This document shows positions 1 through 9,036 of a stretch of 64,000 bases of DNA, in pieces. The stretch is from an uncultured Nitrospiraceae bacterium (GTDB lineage Bacteria > Nitrospirota > Nitrospiria > Nitrospirales > Nitrospiraceae). A program made the translations under genes and the position numbers. Every line of letters starts with the position of its first letter. Position 1 is the first letter of the stretch. The notes under the pieces are model-generated. The model was not told where the DNA came from, did not search any database, and saw nothing but the letters and a program-made list of their open reading frames with translations. Location: the NCBI GenBank assembly GCA_963846575.1, contig CAWJWJ010000001.1, positions 160,001 to 224,000 on the forward strand. Reading direction: 5' to 3'.

Positions 1-245
1 TGAAAATGCTCCAAGGCCGCGGCTAACTTCTCACCGCCTCGCCCAACATAGGGGGATCCGCGCCCCGCCACCACTACTTCTGCGTCCGGCAGGATCACTT
101 TCGCCGCCTTGTCCACTACCAGTCCATTCACATGAACGAGGCCGGCGAGAATTAGCCTGGCCGCGTCCTCGCGACTCGCCACTAATCCGCGACTGACAAG
201 TGCGCGGTCGAGCCGCTCACGCTCTGGACGTAGTTTTTGCACCAT
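1..245 (-). CDS. tlyA: TlyA family rRNA 2'-O-methyltransferase/hemolysin A, 5' part (runs off window)
   Basis: Manual translation from ATG at 245: MVQKLRPERERLDRALVSRGLV...YVGRGGEKLAAALEHF. This is an S4 domain followed by the YVSRGGxKL-like TlyA motif. Lies downstream of xseB. Confidence 0.9.
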   Translation of the reverse strand, partial: MVQKLRPERERLDRALVSRGLVASREDAARLILAGLVHVNGLVVDKAAKVILPDAEVVVAGRGSPYVGRGGEKLAAALEHF

Positions 246-309
246 GGCAAGGCGGGAGATTCAAGACTCTGAGAACCAGGGGCGCACAGATCAGACGACA
301 AACACTTTG

Positions 310-558
310 TCACTGAGAAGGATCAGGCTCATCCTCACCGAGAGTAAACGCTTGAATTCTCTTTTTCCCATCCTTTTCCTGCACCAGGATCTCAACCTTC
401 CGTTCCGCATCCTCCAGCATTTTGAGGCAGGTCTTCGACAGCCTGATCCCTTCCTCAAATATCTTCAATGAGTCATCGAGCGGCAGATCGCCCTTCTCCA
501 GTTCAGCGACGATCGTTTCCAATCTCGCCATGGCATATTCAAATTTAATCGCTGCCAC
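310..558 (-). CDS. xseB: Exodeoxyribonuclease VII small subunit
   Basis: FEYAMARLETIVAELEKGDLPLDDSLKIFEEG signature; adjacent to xseA. Confidence 0.95.
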   Translation of the reverse strand: MAAIKFEYAMARLETIVAELEKGDLPLDDSLKIFEEGIRLSKTCLKMLEDAERKVEILVQEKDGKKRIQAFTLGEDEPDPSQ

Positions 559-615
559 CGCATCTCCCTTGCTGATTCATAGGCCAACGCATTATTGCCC
601 GCCTCCTCTGGCAGG

Positions 616-1974
616 TCAAGATACCGGGTGAGACAACACCTCTTTGACAACACACACCAAGCAACCTTCGGAAAGCCGAGCCCGAAGCACCTCTCCCGCC
701 TGCACCTCTGAGGCGCGCCGCACGACCCGTCCAGATGGCACGGTTTGAAGGACGCTATACCCTCGCTTCAAGATCGCAAGAGGACTGAGAGCATCCAGCG
801 CCGCCATGTGCGTGTCGACTGATTGTCTTCTGCAGAAAAGTCCGCGCCGAGCTTCCTGCTCCAGACGCTTACGTAGCTGGGGAACTAATACCCTCGAGGC
901 GCGCATCATGCGTTGTGGGCTCTGACTCAGCAACGCATGATGTCGTTCCGACCTGACACGATATAGCAGATTCAGTCGTTCTGTCAGAAACCGCAGCAAC
1001 TCGTCACTCAATTCGTCCAGACGTTGGGCTTGTGCTTGCAGGCGAAACCGCGTTTCGCGCAGGAGCCGGAATGACATGTCAAGACGATGGCGTTGCGTCA
1101 CGACAAAGGTCTGCATTGTGCGGCGCAGGCGGAGACTCACTTCTTCCAGTCGATCAATCAGTTCTCCCAGCACCGGCACGACCGCTTCGGCCGCCGCAGA
1201 AGGAGTCGGAGCGCGGTAATCCGCGGCAAAGTCCGAGAGGGTGACATCAGTTTCGTGGCCGACCGCCGAAACGACCGGCACTCTGGACTGGACGATGGCC
1301 CGAACGACAGCTTCCTCATTAAATGCCCATAGATCTTCCGAAGTGCCCCCGCCCCGACCGACGATGAGGACTTCCACCTCCGGGACGGCGCTTAACGCCA
1401 TAATAGCATCCGCGATGTACCCGGCGGCACCTTCTCCTTGAACGGGAACGGGGGCAATGAGGACATGCACGAGCGGACAGCGACGATGAAGCACGGCCAG
1501 AATGTCGCGAATGGCGGCACCCGTGCTGGATGTCACAACGCCGACGGTTCTGGGAAAGGGAGGTACGGGACGCTTACGCGCTTCTTCGAACAGTCCCTCC
1601 CGAGCCAACCGTTCCTTCAGCTGTTCAAACGCTAACTGAAACGCCCCGATGCCCTGGGGCTCGACCGTATCGATCACGAGTTGGTATTCGCCGCGCGGCT
1701 CATACACCGAGATACGCCCGCGCGCGATAATCGCCATGCCTTCCCGAATGGCGAACCGAAGTCGCGACACACCGGAACGAAAAAATACGGCCCGCAGCTG
1801 GCTCTGCTCGTCCTTCAGCGTGAGATACAGATGCCCGGAATTCGGTGAGCGAAGGTTGGATACTTCCCCTTCAATCCAAACATTTCGAAACTCTTGTTCG
1901 AGGGACTCGCGGATAAGCCGTGTGACGTCGGATACGGAGAGGAGAACTGGGAGGGAAGGGTTACGCCCGGTCAT
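616..1974 (-). CDS. xseA: Exodeoxyribonuclease VII large subunit
   Basis: OB-fold (VWIEGEVSN, SGHLYLTLKD), GRGGGTSEDLWAFNEE, SAVGHETD, APTPSAAAE and LSPLAILKRGY motifs. Confidence 0.97.
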   Translation of the reverse strand: MTGRNPSLPVLLSVSDVTRLIRESLEQEFRNVWIEGEVSNLRSPNSGHLYLTLKDEQSQLRAVFFRSGVSRLRFAIREGMAIIARGRISVYEPRGEYQLVIDTVEPQGIGAFQLAFEQLKERLAREGLFEEARKRPVPPFPRTVGVVTSSTGAAIRDILAVLHRRCPLVHVLIAPVPVQGEGAAGYIADAIMALSAVPEVEVLIVGRGGGTSEDLWAFNEEAVVRAIVQSRVPVVSAVGHETDVTLSDFAADYRAPTPSAAAEAVVPVLGELIDRLEEVSLRLRRTMQTFVVTQRHRLDMSFRLLRETRFRLQAQAQRLDELSDELLRFLTERLNLLYRVRSERHHALLSQSPQRMMRASRVLVPQLRKRLEQEARRGLFCRRQSVDTHMAALDALSPLAILKRGYSVLQTVPSGRVVRRASEVQAGEVLRARLSEGCLVCVVKEVLSHPVS

Positions 1975-2014
1975 GCCTCACCGAGACATAGGGACGAATC
2001 GCAGGGACCAATGA

Positions 2015-2794
2015 TCAATCCACCACTCGAATCCGCTCGATGGCCAGAGCTTTGCCAACTGTGGCGTCGAGATCGAGCAAGACCGCGCAGAACACGGTCG
2101 GTCCGGATGCCACCTCGAAACGGCGGGGCATGCCCGTGAGAAACTTTTCGATCGCCAACTCTTTTTTTATTCCGATGACCGAATGCAAGGGGCCAGTCAT
2201 TCCTATATCGGTTATATAGGCCGTACCCTTGGGCAGAATTTGCTCGTCCGCGGTTTGCACATGGGTATGCGTTCCTGCCACAGCCGTCACCAGCCCGTCC
2301 AGGTAATGTGCCATTGCCATCTTCTCAGAAGTGGCCTCCGCATGCATGTCAACCACGATGGCGGCCGCCTGCGTCTTCAGACGCTCAACCTCTCGCTTGC
2401 CCACCTGGAAGGGACAATCGATGGTCGGCATGAATGCCCGCCCCATGAGATGGAGAATGCCCAGAGACTCGCCACCCGGGGTTGTGAACACATAACTGCC
2501 GCGCCCCGGCACACCAGAGGGATAATTGGCCGGACGCAGGAGACGAGGTTCGCGCGGGAACACTTCAAGAATCTCTTTTTTGTCCCATGCGTGATTCCCA
2601 GTGGTGATCACCGACACGCCCAGATCGAAGAGGTCATCCACCAAGTCCGGAGTGATCCCGAACCCGCCTGCGACATTCTCGCCATTTCCGATTACGACAT
2701 CAACGGCGTGCTTTGCGATGAGTTTAGGCAGCAGGCGAGCCACGGCTCTTCGCCCCGGCTCGCCCATGATATCGCCGATCATCAGAACCTTCAT
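2015..2794 (-). CDS. ymdB: YmdB/TIGR00282 family metallophosphoesterase
   Basis: GDIMG, NGEN, TTGNH, DMHAEATSEK and GTHTH motifs; directly downstream of rny. Confidence 0.93.
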   Translation of the reverse strand: MKVLMIGDIMGEPGRRAVARLLPKLIAKHAVDVVIGNGENVAGGFGITPDLVDDLFDLGVSVITTGNHAWDKKEILEVFPREPRLLRPANYPSGVPGRGSYVFTTPGGESLGILHLMGRAFMPTIDCPFQVGKREVERLKTQAAAIVVDMHAEATSEKMAMAHYLDGLVTAVAGTHTHVQTADEQILPKGTAYITDIGMTGPLHSVIGIKKELAIEKFLTGMPRRFEVASGPTVFCAVLLDLDATVGKALAIERIRVVD

Positions 2795-2804
2795 ACGCAG
2801 TTAC

Positions 2805-4382
2805 TCATTTTGCGAAATCGACAAATCGGCTCTCCCGAATCACCGTGACCTTGATCTGGCCGGGGTAGGTCAACTCCTGCTCGATTTTCTTAGCCAAGTC
2901 ACGAGACAGTTGGAAACATTCCGGGTCGGTCAGATCTTCCTGTTTTACTATGACACGGATTTCGCGGCCGGCTTGAATCGCATAGGCCTTCTGAACGCCC
3001 TTATGGACGGTCGCCAGCGACTCCAATTTCTCTAGCCGCTTCACATAGGACTCCAGCGCTTCGCGTCGAGCACCCGGGCGCGCCGCGGACAGCGCTTCAG
3101 CTGCCGCCACCAGCACCGTTTCCGGACAAATCGGCTCTACCTGCTCGTGATGTGCCGCGATCGCGTTCACCACCTTGGCACTTTCGCCGTACTTTTTAGC
3201 GATCTCAGCACCCAACATGGCATGTGGACCCTCTTCTTCATGGCTCACCGCCTTACCAATGTCATGTAACAGGGCGCCTCGCTTGGCGAGCTTGACATCC
3301 AGTTTCAGCTCAGATGCCATGATCCCGCAGATGTAGGCAGCCTCCCGGGCGTGGTACAGATTATTCTGTCCGTAACTGGTTCGATACTTGAGACGGCCCA
3401 GCACCTTGACCAACTCGGGATGGAAATCGGACAATCCGACTTCGAAGATTACCTTCTCGGCCTCTTCAATCATCAGCTTCTCGATATCCACCTTAACCTT
3501 TTCGACAATTTCTTCAATGCGGGTTGGATGGATACGGCCATCGTGCATGAGCCGTTCAAGCGATACCTTGGCAATCTCACGCCGAAGCGGATCGAATCCT
3601 GAAATAATGACCGCCTCCGGCGTCTCATCGATGATAAGGTCGATTCCCGTAGCCGCTTCGATCGCACGAATGTTTCTGCCCTCTCGACCGATAATCCGTC
3701 CCTTCATGGCATCGTTGGCAATCGGCACAACCGAGATCGTTGCCTCGTTCACGTAGTCACGAGTCACCCGCTGAATTGAACTTGCAATGATTTCTCGTGC
3801 TTCCCGATCCGCATTTTCCTTCGCCTCTTCGAGCATGCGTTTCGCCAGACCGGCCGCTTCCAAGCGAGCTTGGCTTTCCATCTCCTGGATCAGCTGTCGC
3901 TTGGCTTCCTCGGCGGTCAGGCTCGCCACCCGCTCCAGTGCTTCGCGATGCTGCTTGACTGCCAGCAGACAGGCCGCTTCCTTTTGCGCCAACCCCTCTT
4001 CCCGCTTGATAAGTTCCTGCTCACGCCTCAGCAGGTCCTGATCGCGCTTTTCGAGGACACTCACCTTCTTATCAACGTTTTCTTCCCGTTGCGAGACTCG
4101 ACGCTCCGTATGAGCAAACTCCGCGAGCTTCGTTTTCTGTTCTTTCTCCAGTTCAATTTTTGCCTGGAACACCAAGTCCTTGGCTTCCAACTTGGCCTCT
4201 TTGACCAAATTCTCCGCTTCACGCTGGGCTGACTGGACGACGTTAGCAGACTGATTCTCAGCCTCTGCTCGGCGCGCCAAAACCGACCGGCGGCGCAGGA
4301 ATTCATAGGCACCGGCACCCAACACCGCTCCCACTAGTCCGATAATGATGTATGCAACGACGCTGAGAGAAATGGGAACCAC
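2805..4382 (-). CDS. rny: Ribonuclease Y (start uncertain: GTG 4382 or ATT 4373)
   Basis: N-terminal TM anchor, coiled coil, KH domain (MKGRIIGREGRNIR), HD domain (LLHDIGK), C-terminal YPGQIKVTVIRE. Confidence 0.96.
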   Translation of the reverse strand: MVPISLSVVAYIIIGLVGAVLGAGAYEFLRRRSVLARRAEAENQSANVVQSAQREAENLVKEAKLEAKDLVFQAKIELEKEQKTKLAEFAHTERRVSQREENVDKKVSVLEKRDQDLLRREQELIKREEGLAQKEAACLLAVKQHREALERVASLTAEEAKRQLIQEMESQARLEAAGLAKRMLEEAKENADREAREIIASSIQRVTRDYVNEATISVVPIANDAMKGRIIGREGRNIRAIEAATGIDLIIDETPEAVIISGFDPLRREIAKVSLERLMHDGRIHPTRIEEIVEKVKVDIEKLMIEEAEKVIFEVGLSDFHPELVKVLGRLKYRTSYGQNNLYHAREAAYICGIMASELKLDVKLAKRGALLHDIGKAVSHEEEGPHAMLGAEIAKKYGESAKVVNAIAAHHEQVEPICPETVLVAAAEALSAARPGARREALESYVKRLEKLESLATVHKGVQKAYAIQAGREIRVIVKQEDLTDPECFQLSRDLAKKIEQELTYPGQIKVTVIRESRFVDFAK

Positions 4383-4541
4383 CTCCCTTACGGCAGCGGG
4401 ACAGCACGCTGTCACCCTGCAAATAAACGCACCTAGGGTTTTAGGGGAGCAAAGAGTTATGATTATGAAAGGAAAGCTAACGCGAAAGGGGGAAAACCTG
4501 ACCTCTTGAGCCAGTGGAAACGAACTGTGGAATCGCTGTCT

Positions 4542-4805
4542 CTAATTCAAGTGGAGGGGTGGTCGCCCCCGACCCGAATCAATTCTCCTGTCACATCTCA
4601 GGCGAAGGGATTGACCCCGCCTGATGGGAACAGGAATGTGTACTGGGCAAATCAGAGCCCGGGATACAGCTGCACGAACGTGCTCGGTACCCAGAAAGTT
4701 CCGCGCCTTGCCAACCTGCTTCATAAACGCACATGCACTGGCCGCGTAGCCAACCCACACCACCACCACCACATTGAAAAGCACTACAAAATCAAGCGAT
4801 TCCAT
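4542..4805 (-). CDS. Putative 87-aa small membrane protein/leader ORF between zapA and rny
   Basis: MESLDFVVLFNVVVVVWVGYAASACAF... has a hydrophobic N-terminus and is co-oriented within the operon; weak SD. Confidence 0.45.
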   Translation of the reverse strand: MESLDFVVLFNVVVVVWVGYAASACAFMKQVGKARNFLGTEHVRAAVSRALICPVHIPVPIRRGQSLRLRCDRRIDSGRGRPPLHLN

Positions 4806-4940
4806 ATTTTTAGCGCTCAAAGACTCTTCAGATTGTCCGTCCTTATTCGAAGCTTCCTTTCCTCTCCTGCCCTTGTTGACCATCAGGTCAATACAACACG
4901 GAAACGATAACAAAGGAGTGATGTGAAAGCAAGGCGAAAC

Positions 4941-5237
4941 TCATCGGGACAACATGGAAGGCATCTGTTGATCGATCGAATCCATGAGGGAAGCCATGCG
5001 GCGATCGGCATCGGCCTCGCCCTGGCGGTTTTTTCGCTCCGACTCCATCAATTCATGGGCAAGATTGAATGCCGCGAGCACTGCCAATTTGGCGGGAGTA
5101 GCGGACCGCAGCCCAGCCGCCACCTTCTTCATCTGAGTATCGACCAGTTCCGCAAGCTTTTTCACATAGGATTCATCCGCTTCGCCGGTGATGGCATAAC
5201 GCTGGCCGTAGATTTCCACGTCAATGGTCTTAGTCAA
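4941..5237 (-). CDS. zapA: Cell division protein ZapA
   Basis: TTG start after AAGGAGG; IDVEIYGQRY...LAELVDTQM...LAVLAAFNLAHEL ZapA motif. Confidence 0.9.
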   Translation of the reverse strand: MTKTIDVEIYGQRYAITGEADESYVKKLAELVDTQMKKVAAGLRSATPAKLAVLAAFNLAHELMESERKNRQGEADADRRMASLMDSIDQQMPSMLSR

Positions 5238-5484
5238 ACGCCACCTCCTTGGATTCATCCAGGCATTCCAATAGATCGATTTCGCCGAGCACCTTCTCGA
5301 TGCGTGAGCGTATATCGACCCGCTCCTGTTCCCAACGTCGATTCTCGTCGTCGCGCACCGCAACCTGTTCACGCGCTAGGCGAAGCTCATCCTCCAAGGA
5401 GGCATTCTTTCGCTTGACGTCCTGAACGAGTTTCACCAGGTCGCGAATACGAATTTCAAGAGCATCGAGACGATCTAAAGTCAT
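5230..5484 (-). CDS. ZapB-like coiled-coil cell division protein
   Basis: 84-aa coiled coil ending in IRSRIEKVLGEI; overlaps the zapA start. Confidence 0.75.
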   Translation of the reverse strand: MTLDRLDALEIRIRDLVKLVQDVKRKNASLEDELRLAREQVAVRDDENRRWEQERVDIRSRIEKVLGEIDLLECLDESKEVAFD

Positions 5485-5539
5485 GGCATATCCTCATGTC
5501 AAAGTGGGTGGTTCTTATACGCATCGATCACGGAGGCGA

Positions 5540-5568
5540 AATATAGGAAGTTCACTTCTGCTTGTCAA
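5540..5568 (-). promoter_or_regulatory. sigma70-type promoter of the zapB-zapA-rny operon
   Basis: TTGACA-N17-TATATT on the minus strand. Confidence 0.7.
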
Positions 5569-5583
5569 GAAAACGGGGGTCCA

Positions 5584-7833
5584 CTAAGACGTCCCCTGAT
5601 TAAGACGTCGATATTCCCCATAACTGCGCAAGACTCGCTTCACGTACAACCGCGTTTCCTGATAGGGAATAAGCTCAACAAACTCATCTTGATCCCTTCC
5701 GCGGTGCATGGCGATCCAGTTATTTACGGCAATTGGGCCGGCATTATAGGCCGCGACGGCATAGGCCAGATTACCTCCATATTGCTCCAGTAACTGGCCG
5801 AGGTACCGGACACCCAACTGAATATTGGTTTCACGGTCAAACAATTCCTCCCGACCTACTGCGGGGAACCCATGCCGCCGTGCCACCGCATTCGCCGTGA
5901 CTGGCATCAGCTGCATCAATCCCACCGCTCCCACCACAGAAAGGGCCTTTTCATCATATTGACTTTCCTCGCGAATGATCGCCGCGGCCAGGTAGGGATC
6001 GACTGCCGCCACACCTTGTGCGGCAATGGTGGGAAGCAGGCCCGTCGGATAGGCCACTGTCCAGAGTGCAGGAGCTGTCGGCAACCCGCTTCGTTCCAGC
6101 TTTTCTCGAAAATAGACTTTGGCCACACGTAGCGCTGGGTGATACGCTCCCACTTCACTGAGCAACGTTGAGAAGGCCAGGAGTACGTCCTGATCTCGAC
6201 TGTATTGTTCCGTCAAAAACCCCAGTTCTCGAGCCGCCTCCTGAGCGAATCCCAAGGTCTTGAGCTCCATACCCCGTTGATAAACCACATGACGTTCGAT
6301 CTCGGGCCGACGATTTTCAGGCAAACGCTCACGCTCCTTGCCCAGAGGAGTTTCCGGCGACGTCGCAATAGGAGCGGCCACCGGCAAGGCAACCCTGCGC
6401 CCGGCTAACTGACAATAGTAACTAAAGGCAAACCGCTGGCAGACTCGTGAATAATCCTCGATGGGAGCAGTATTGTGTTCGTGTTCCGTGGCTCGTGCGG
6501 CCCAATACAATGCCTGAGGCTCGAACCCGTTCACATGCATCTCGACTACGGCCCGAAACGTCCCGGCTGCGTCCCGATACCGGGCCGTCCGATATTGCAC
6601 CCATCCTGCACGCCACAATCCTTCCGCGCGCTGGCTCGCGGACTCGCCGAATCTCGCCACCTGCCGGTACATACCGATCGCCTCGTCAAATCGTCCCTCA
6701 TCTTCGAACCACACACCTGCAAACAGATGAACCTGCGCCCGCTGATCACCGCTAAGGGGACTCTGCGACACGGATCGAGCCAACTCGGTGAGTTTGTTTC
6801 CCTGATTTTGTCGCAGATACACCCGTGCCAGCCAGACAGTGGCTTCTGAAGATTCCTGGACACGCTCGGCAGCCAAGTTGCGGAAGGTCTCCCGTGCCTG
6901 GTCATATTGCTTGAGCCGAACATAGGCGACACCCAGCTTGAGTCGGGCATCAAACCGTCGAGGATGCTCCGGGCTCAAGGCGAGGAAACGGCGGAGTTCA
7001 TCAACTGCTTCACTTTGCATAGCCAGGGCCAGGTACGCCTGGGCACGGAGCGAGTGGTCTTCAGCGGTCGGTGCCCAGGCTTCACCCCCCAGTCCCACAT
7101 CCAGACGCGCCTTCGCTTCGCGTGCTTCGGGGGCTTGGGGGTACCGCAACCAGAGATGCTTCATGGCGGCGCGCGCTTCCGGAATTCGGTTTTCCCGAAG
7201 GTGGCACTCAGCTTGATGCCACAAGGCCAGTGGAGCAGCCGGGTCCTTGTCCCCGCTAGCCACTGCTCGCTCCAGCCAGTCCACCGCGCGGAAACAAACA
7301 TTCGCGGCGTACCAGGCCTCACCTGCGCGGAACGCGGCTTTCGTGAGCAGATTCGAGTCCGGCATCAGCTTGGGGATTGTCTCAAATAATTCCGCGGCCT
7401 GAATCGGTTCATTGAGCCGGAGGAGCGATTCTCCAATCCAAAGCCGAAGATAATCGTCCAGGATCGGAAGGTCCGGTTGAGCCGCACGAAGAAGCTTCAG
7501 GGCCTCTGCGGGATCCGACTCGGTCAAGAGCACGCCAAGAACCACGCCGGCTCGTTTCGCCCATATAGTAGAAGGATAGAGCTCCCTCACCGACCCAAGC
7601 TGATCGACTTTCAACTTCAGGGCCTGCTCGCGCTGCACGGCCGAGCCGGAACGTTCGTTGATTTTTACCGCTGAACGGAAACAGTCTTCGGCGGTATCAC
7701 AGCCGGGAGGGGCAGTTGGCGGGAGGGTCGGTGAATCTGCAATGGCCAACAACACCCCCGACAGCAGCAAACAGGCTCCGAGGGCCGTTAATATTGTTCG
7801 GGAAGCCAGTGGGGTCACAATCTCGTCCTGCAC
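5584..7833 (-). CDS. TPR-containing soluble lytic murein transglycosylase (Slt70-like)
   Basis: Signal/TM N-terminus, TPR helices, C-terminal SLT domain (IIREES, GAVGLMQLMP, AAYNAG, IPYQETRLYVKRV). Confidence 0.92.
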   Translation of the reverse strand: MQDEIVTPLASRTILTALGACLLLSGVLLAIADSPTLPPTAPPGCDTAEDCFRSAVKINERSGSAVQREQALKLKVDQLGSVRELYPSTIWAKRAGVVLGVLLTESDPAEALKLLRAAQPDLPILDDYLRLWIGESLLRLNEPIQAAELFETIPKLMPDSNLLTKAAFRAGEAWYAANVCFRAVDWLERAVASGDKDPAAPLALWHQAECHLRENRIPEARAAMKHLWLRYPQAPEAREAKARLDVGLGGEAWAPTAEDHSLRAQAYLALAMQSEAVDELRRFLALSPEHPRRFDARLKLGVAYVRLKQYDQARETFRNLAAERVQESSEATVWLARVYLRQNQGNKLTELARSVSQSPLSGDQRAQVHLFAGVWFEDEGRFDEAIGMYRQVARFGESASQRAEGLWRAGWVQYRTARYRDAAGTFRAVVEMHVNGFEPQALYWAARATEHEHNTAPIEDYSRVCQRFAFSYYCQLAGRRVALPVAAPIATSPETPLGKERERLPENRRPEIERHVVYQRGMELKTLGFAQEAARELGFLTEQYSRDQDVLLAFSTLLSEVGAYHPALRVAKVYFREKLERSGLPTAPALWTVAYPTGLLPTIAAQGVAAVDPYLAAAIIREESQYDEKALSVVGAVGLMQLMPVTANAVARRHGFPAVGREELFDRETNIQLGVRYLGQLLEQYGGNLAYAVAAYNAGPIAVNNWIAMHRGRDQDEFVELIPYQETRLYVKRVLRSYGEYRRLNQGTS

Positions 7834-7930
7834 AGGGGGTAAACCGAGATCATTATAGCGTAACGCGCCACAAACGCGATCAGCTTCGCCTTGCTTGTCA
7901 CAAGTTTTTTCCCTGTGCTAGGCTCCGGCT

Positions 7931-9022
7931 ATGAATCACCAGAACGACAGTCGGATGACTCTCCTCGCTTTGACTGAACACGGGACGGCCGAATTCGTCT
8001 CTTCACTCGGCTGGCCGGCTTTCCGCACCCAACAAATCTTGCGCTGGCTGCACCAGGAGCGTATTCACAACTTCGCCGCCATGACGAACCTGTCGCGAAA
8101 GGAACGCGACTATCTGACCGAGCGCTGCGTCGTCGGGAGAACCTCCGACGTTCAGATTTTCGCATCTCAGGACGGCACAAGAAAATTCGTACTGACCCTG
8201 TCCGACGGTAAACAAGTCGAGTGCGTTCTGATCCCCGACATGGATCGGCTCACGCTGTGCCTGTCCACCCAGGTGGGCTGCACACTCGACTGCGGGTTTT
8301 GCCTGACCGGCATGCTCGGGCTTCAGCGCAATCTCCGCGCCCACGAGATTATCGACCAAGTGCTCCTTGTTCAAGATCACCTGGGCACAGGCGAACGAGT
8401 GACTAATCTCGTGTTTATGGGTATGGGGGAACCTTTGGCCAATCTCGACGCGGTAGCCGACGCCGTCGCGCGTCTGACCAATCAAACTTGGGGCCTAGGA
8501 TTCTCGCCTCGCCGGATCACGATCTCCACGGCGGGGCTGGCGTCGCGCATCAAAGACGTGGCCCCGCTGAAGGTGCACCTGGCTATTTCATTGAATGCGA
8601 CGACCGACGAACTCCGGCACCGGATCATGCCCGCTGCCAACCGGCTCCATACGCTCCAGGCTCTGCTCGCTGCTTGCCGCGCATATCCGCTTGCGGAGCG
8701 CGATCGTCTCACCTTCGAATATGTACTGCTCGCGGATGTGAACGACCAGGCTGACGACGCCGCGCGGCTCATCAAATTACTCCGAGGCCTCCGTTGCAAA
8801 GTAAACCTTATTGCATTCAACCCGTTTCCAGGGAGCCCCTACCGACGCCCATCGGATGCGGCGATCGAAACCTTTCAGGACATTCTGCGCAAGGGTCATG
8901 TGGACGTGTATCTCCGCCGCAGTCGAGGTCGCGATGTGCTGGGGGCCTGCGGACAGCTGGGCCGGATTGTTGACGGAACGCCGGCTCCTGTTGCCTTGAC
9001 ACAGATTGAAACCCGTTGTTAG
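7931..9022 (+). CDS. rlmN: 23S rRNA/tRNA m2A methyltransferase RlmN (radical SAM)
   Basis: CTLDCGFC, MGMGEP and GACGQL motifs. Confidence 0.95.
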   Translation: MNHQNDSRMTLLALTEHGTAEFVSSLGWPAFRTQQILRWLHQERIHNFAAMTNLSRKERDYLTERCVVGRTSDVQIFASQDGTRKFVLTLSDGKQVECVLIPDMDRLTLCLSTQVGCTLDCGFCLTGMLGLQRNLRAHEIIDQVLLVQDHLGTGERVTNLVFMGMGEPLANLDAVADAVARLTNQTWGLGFSPRRITISTAGLASRIKDVAPLKVHLAISLNATTDELRHRIMPAANRLHTLQALLAACRAYPLAERDRLTFEYVLLADVNDQADDAARLIKLLRGLRCKVNLIAFNPFPGSPYRRPSDAAIETFQDILRKGHVDVYLRRSRGRDVLGACGQLGRIVDGTPAPVALTQIETRC

Positions 9023-9036
9023 CATGTTCTTCGTAC

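Noticed and set aside
245..310. ispA/dxs absent between xseB and tlyA
   Set aside because: Ordinary operon variation; no remnant visible in the 64-bp gap
4390..4940. 6S RNA (ssrS) expected between zapA and rny
   Set aside because: I could not identify the long self-complementary rod with a central bubble by eye; only a GGCTCAAG fragment is reminiscent. Needs an Infernal search.
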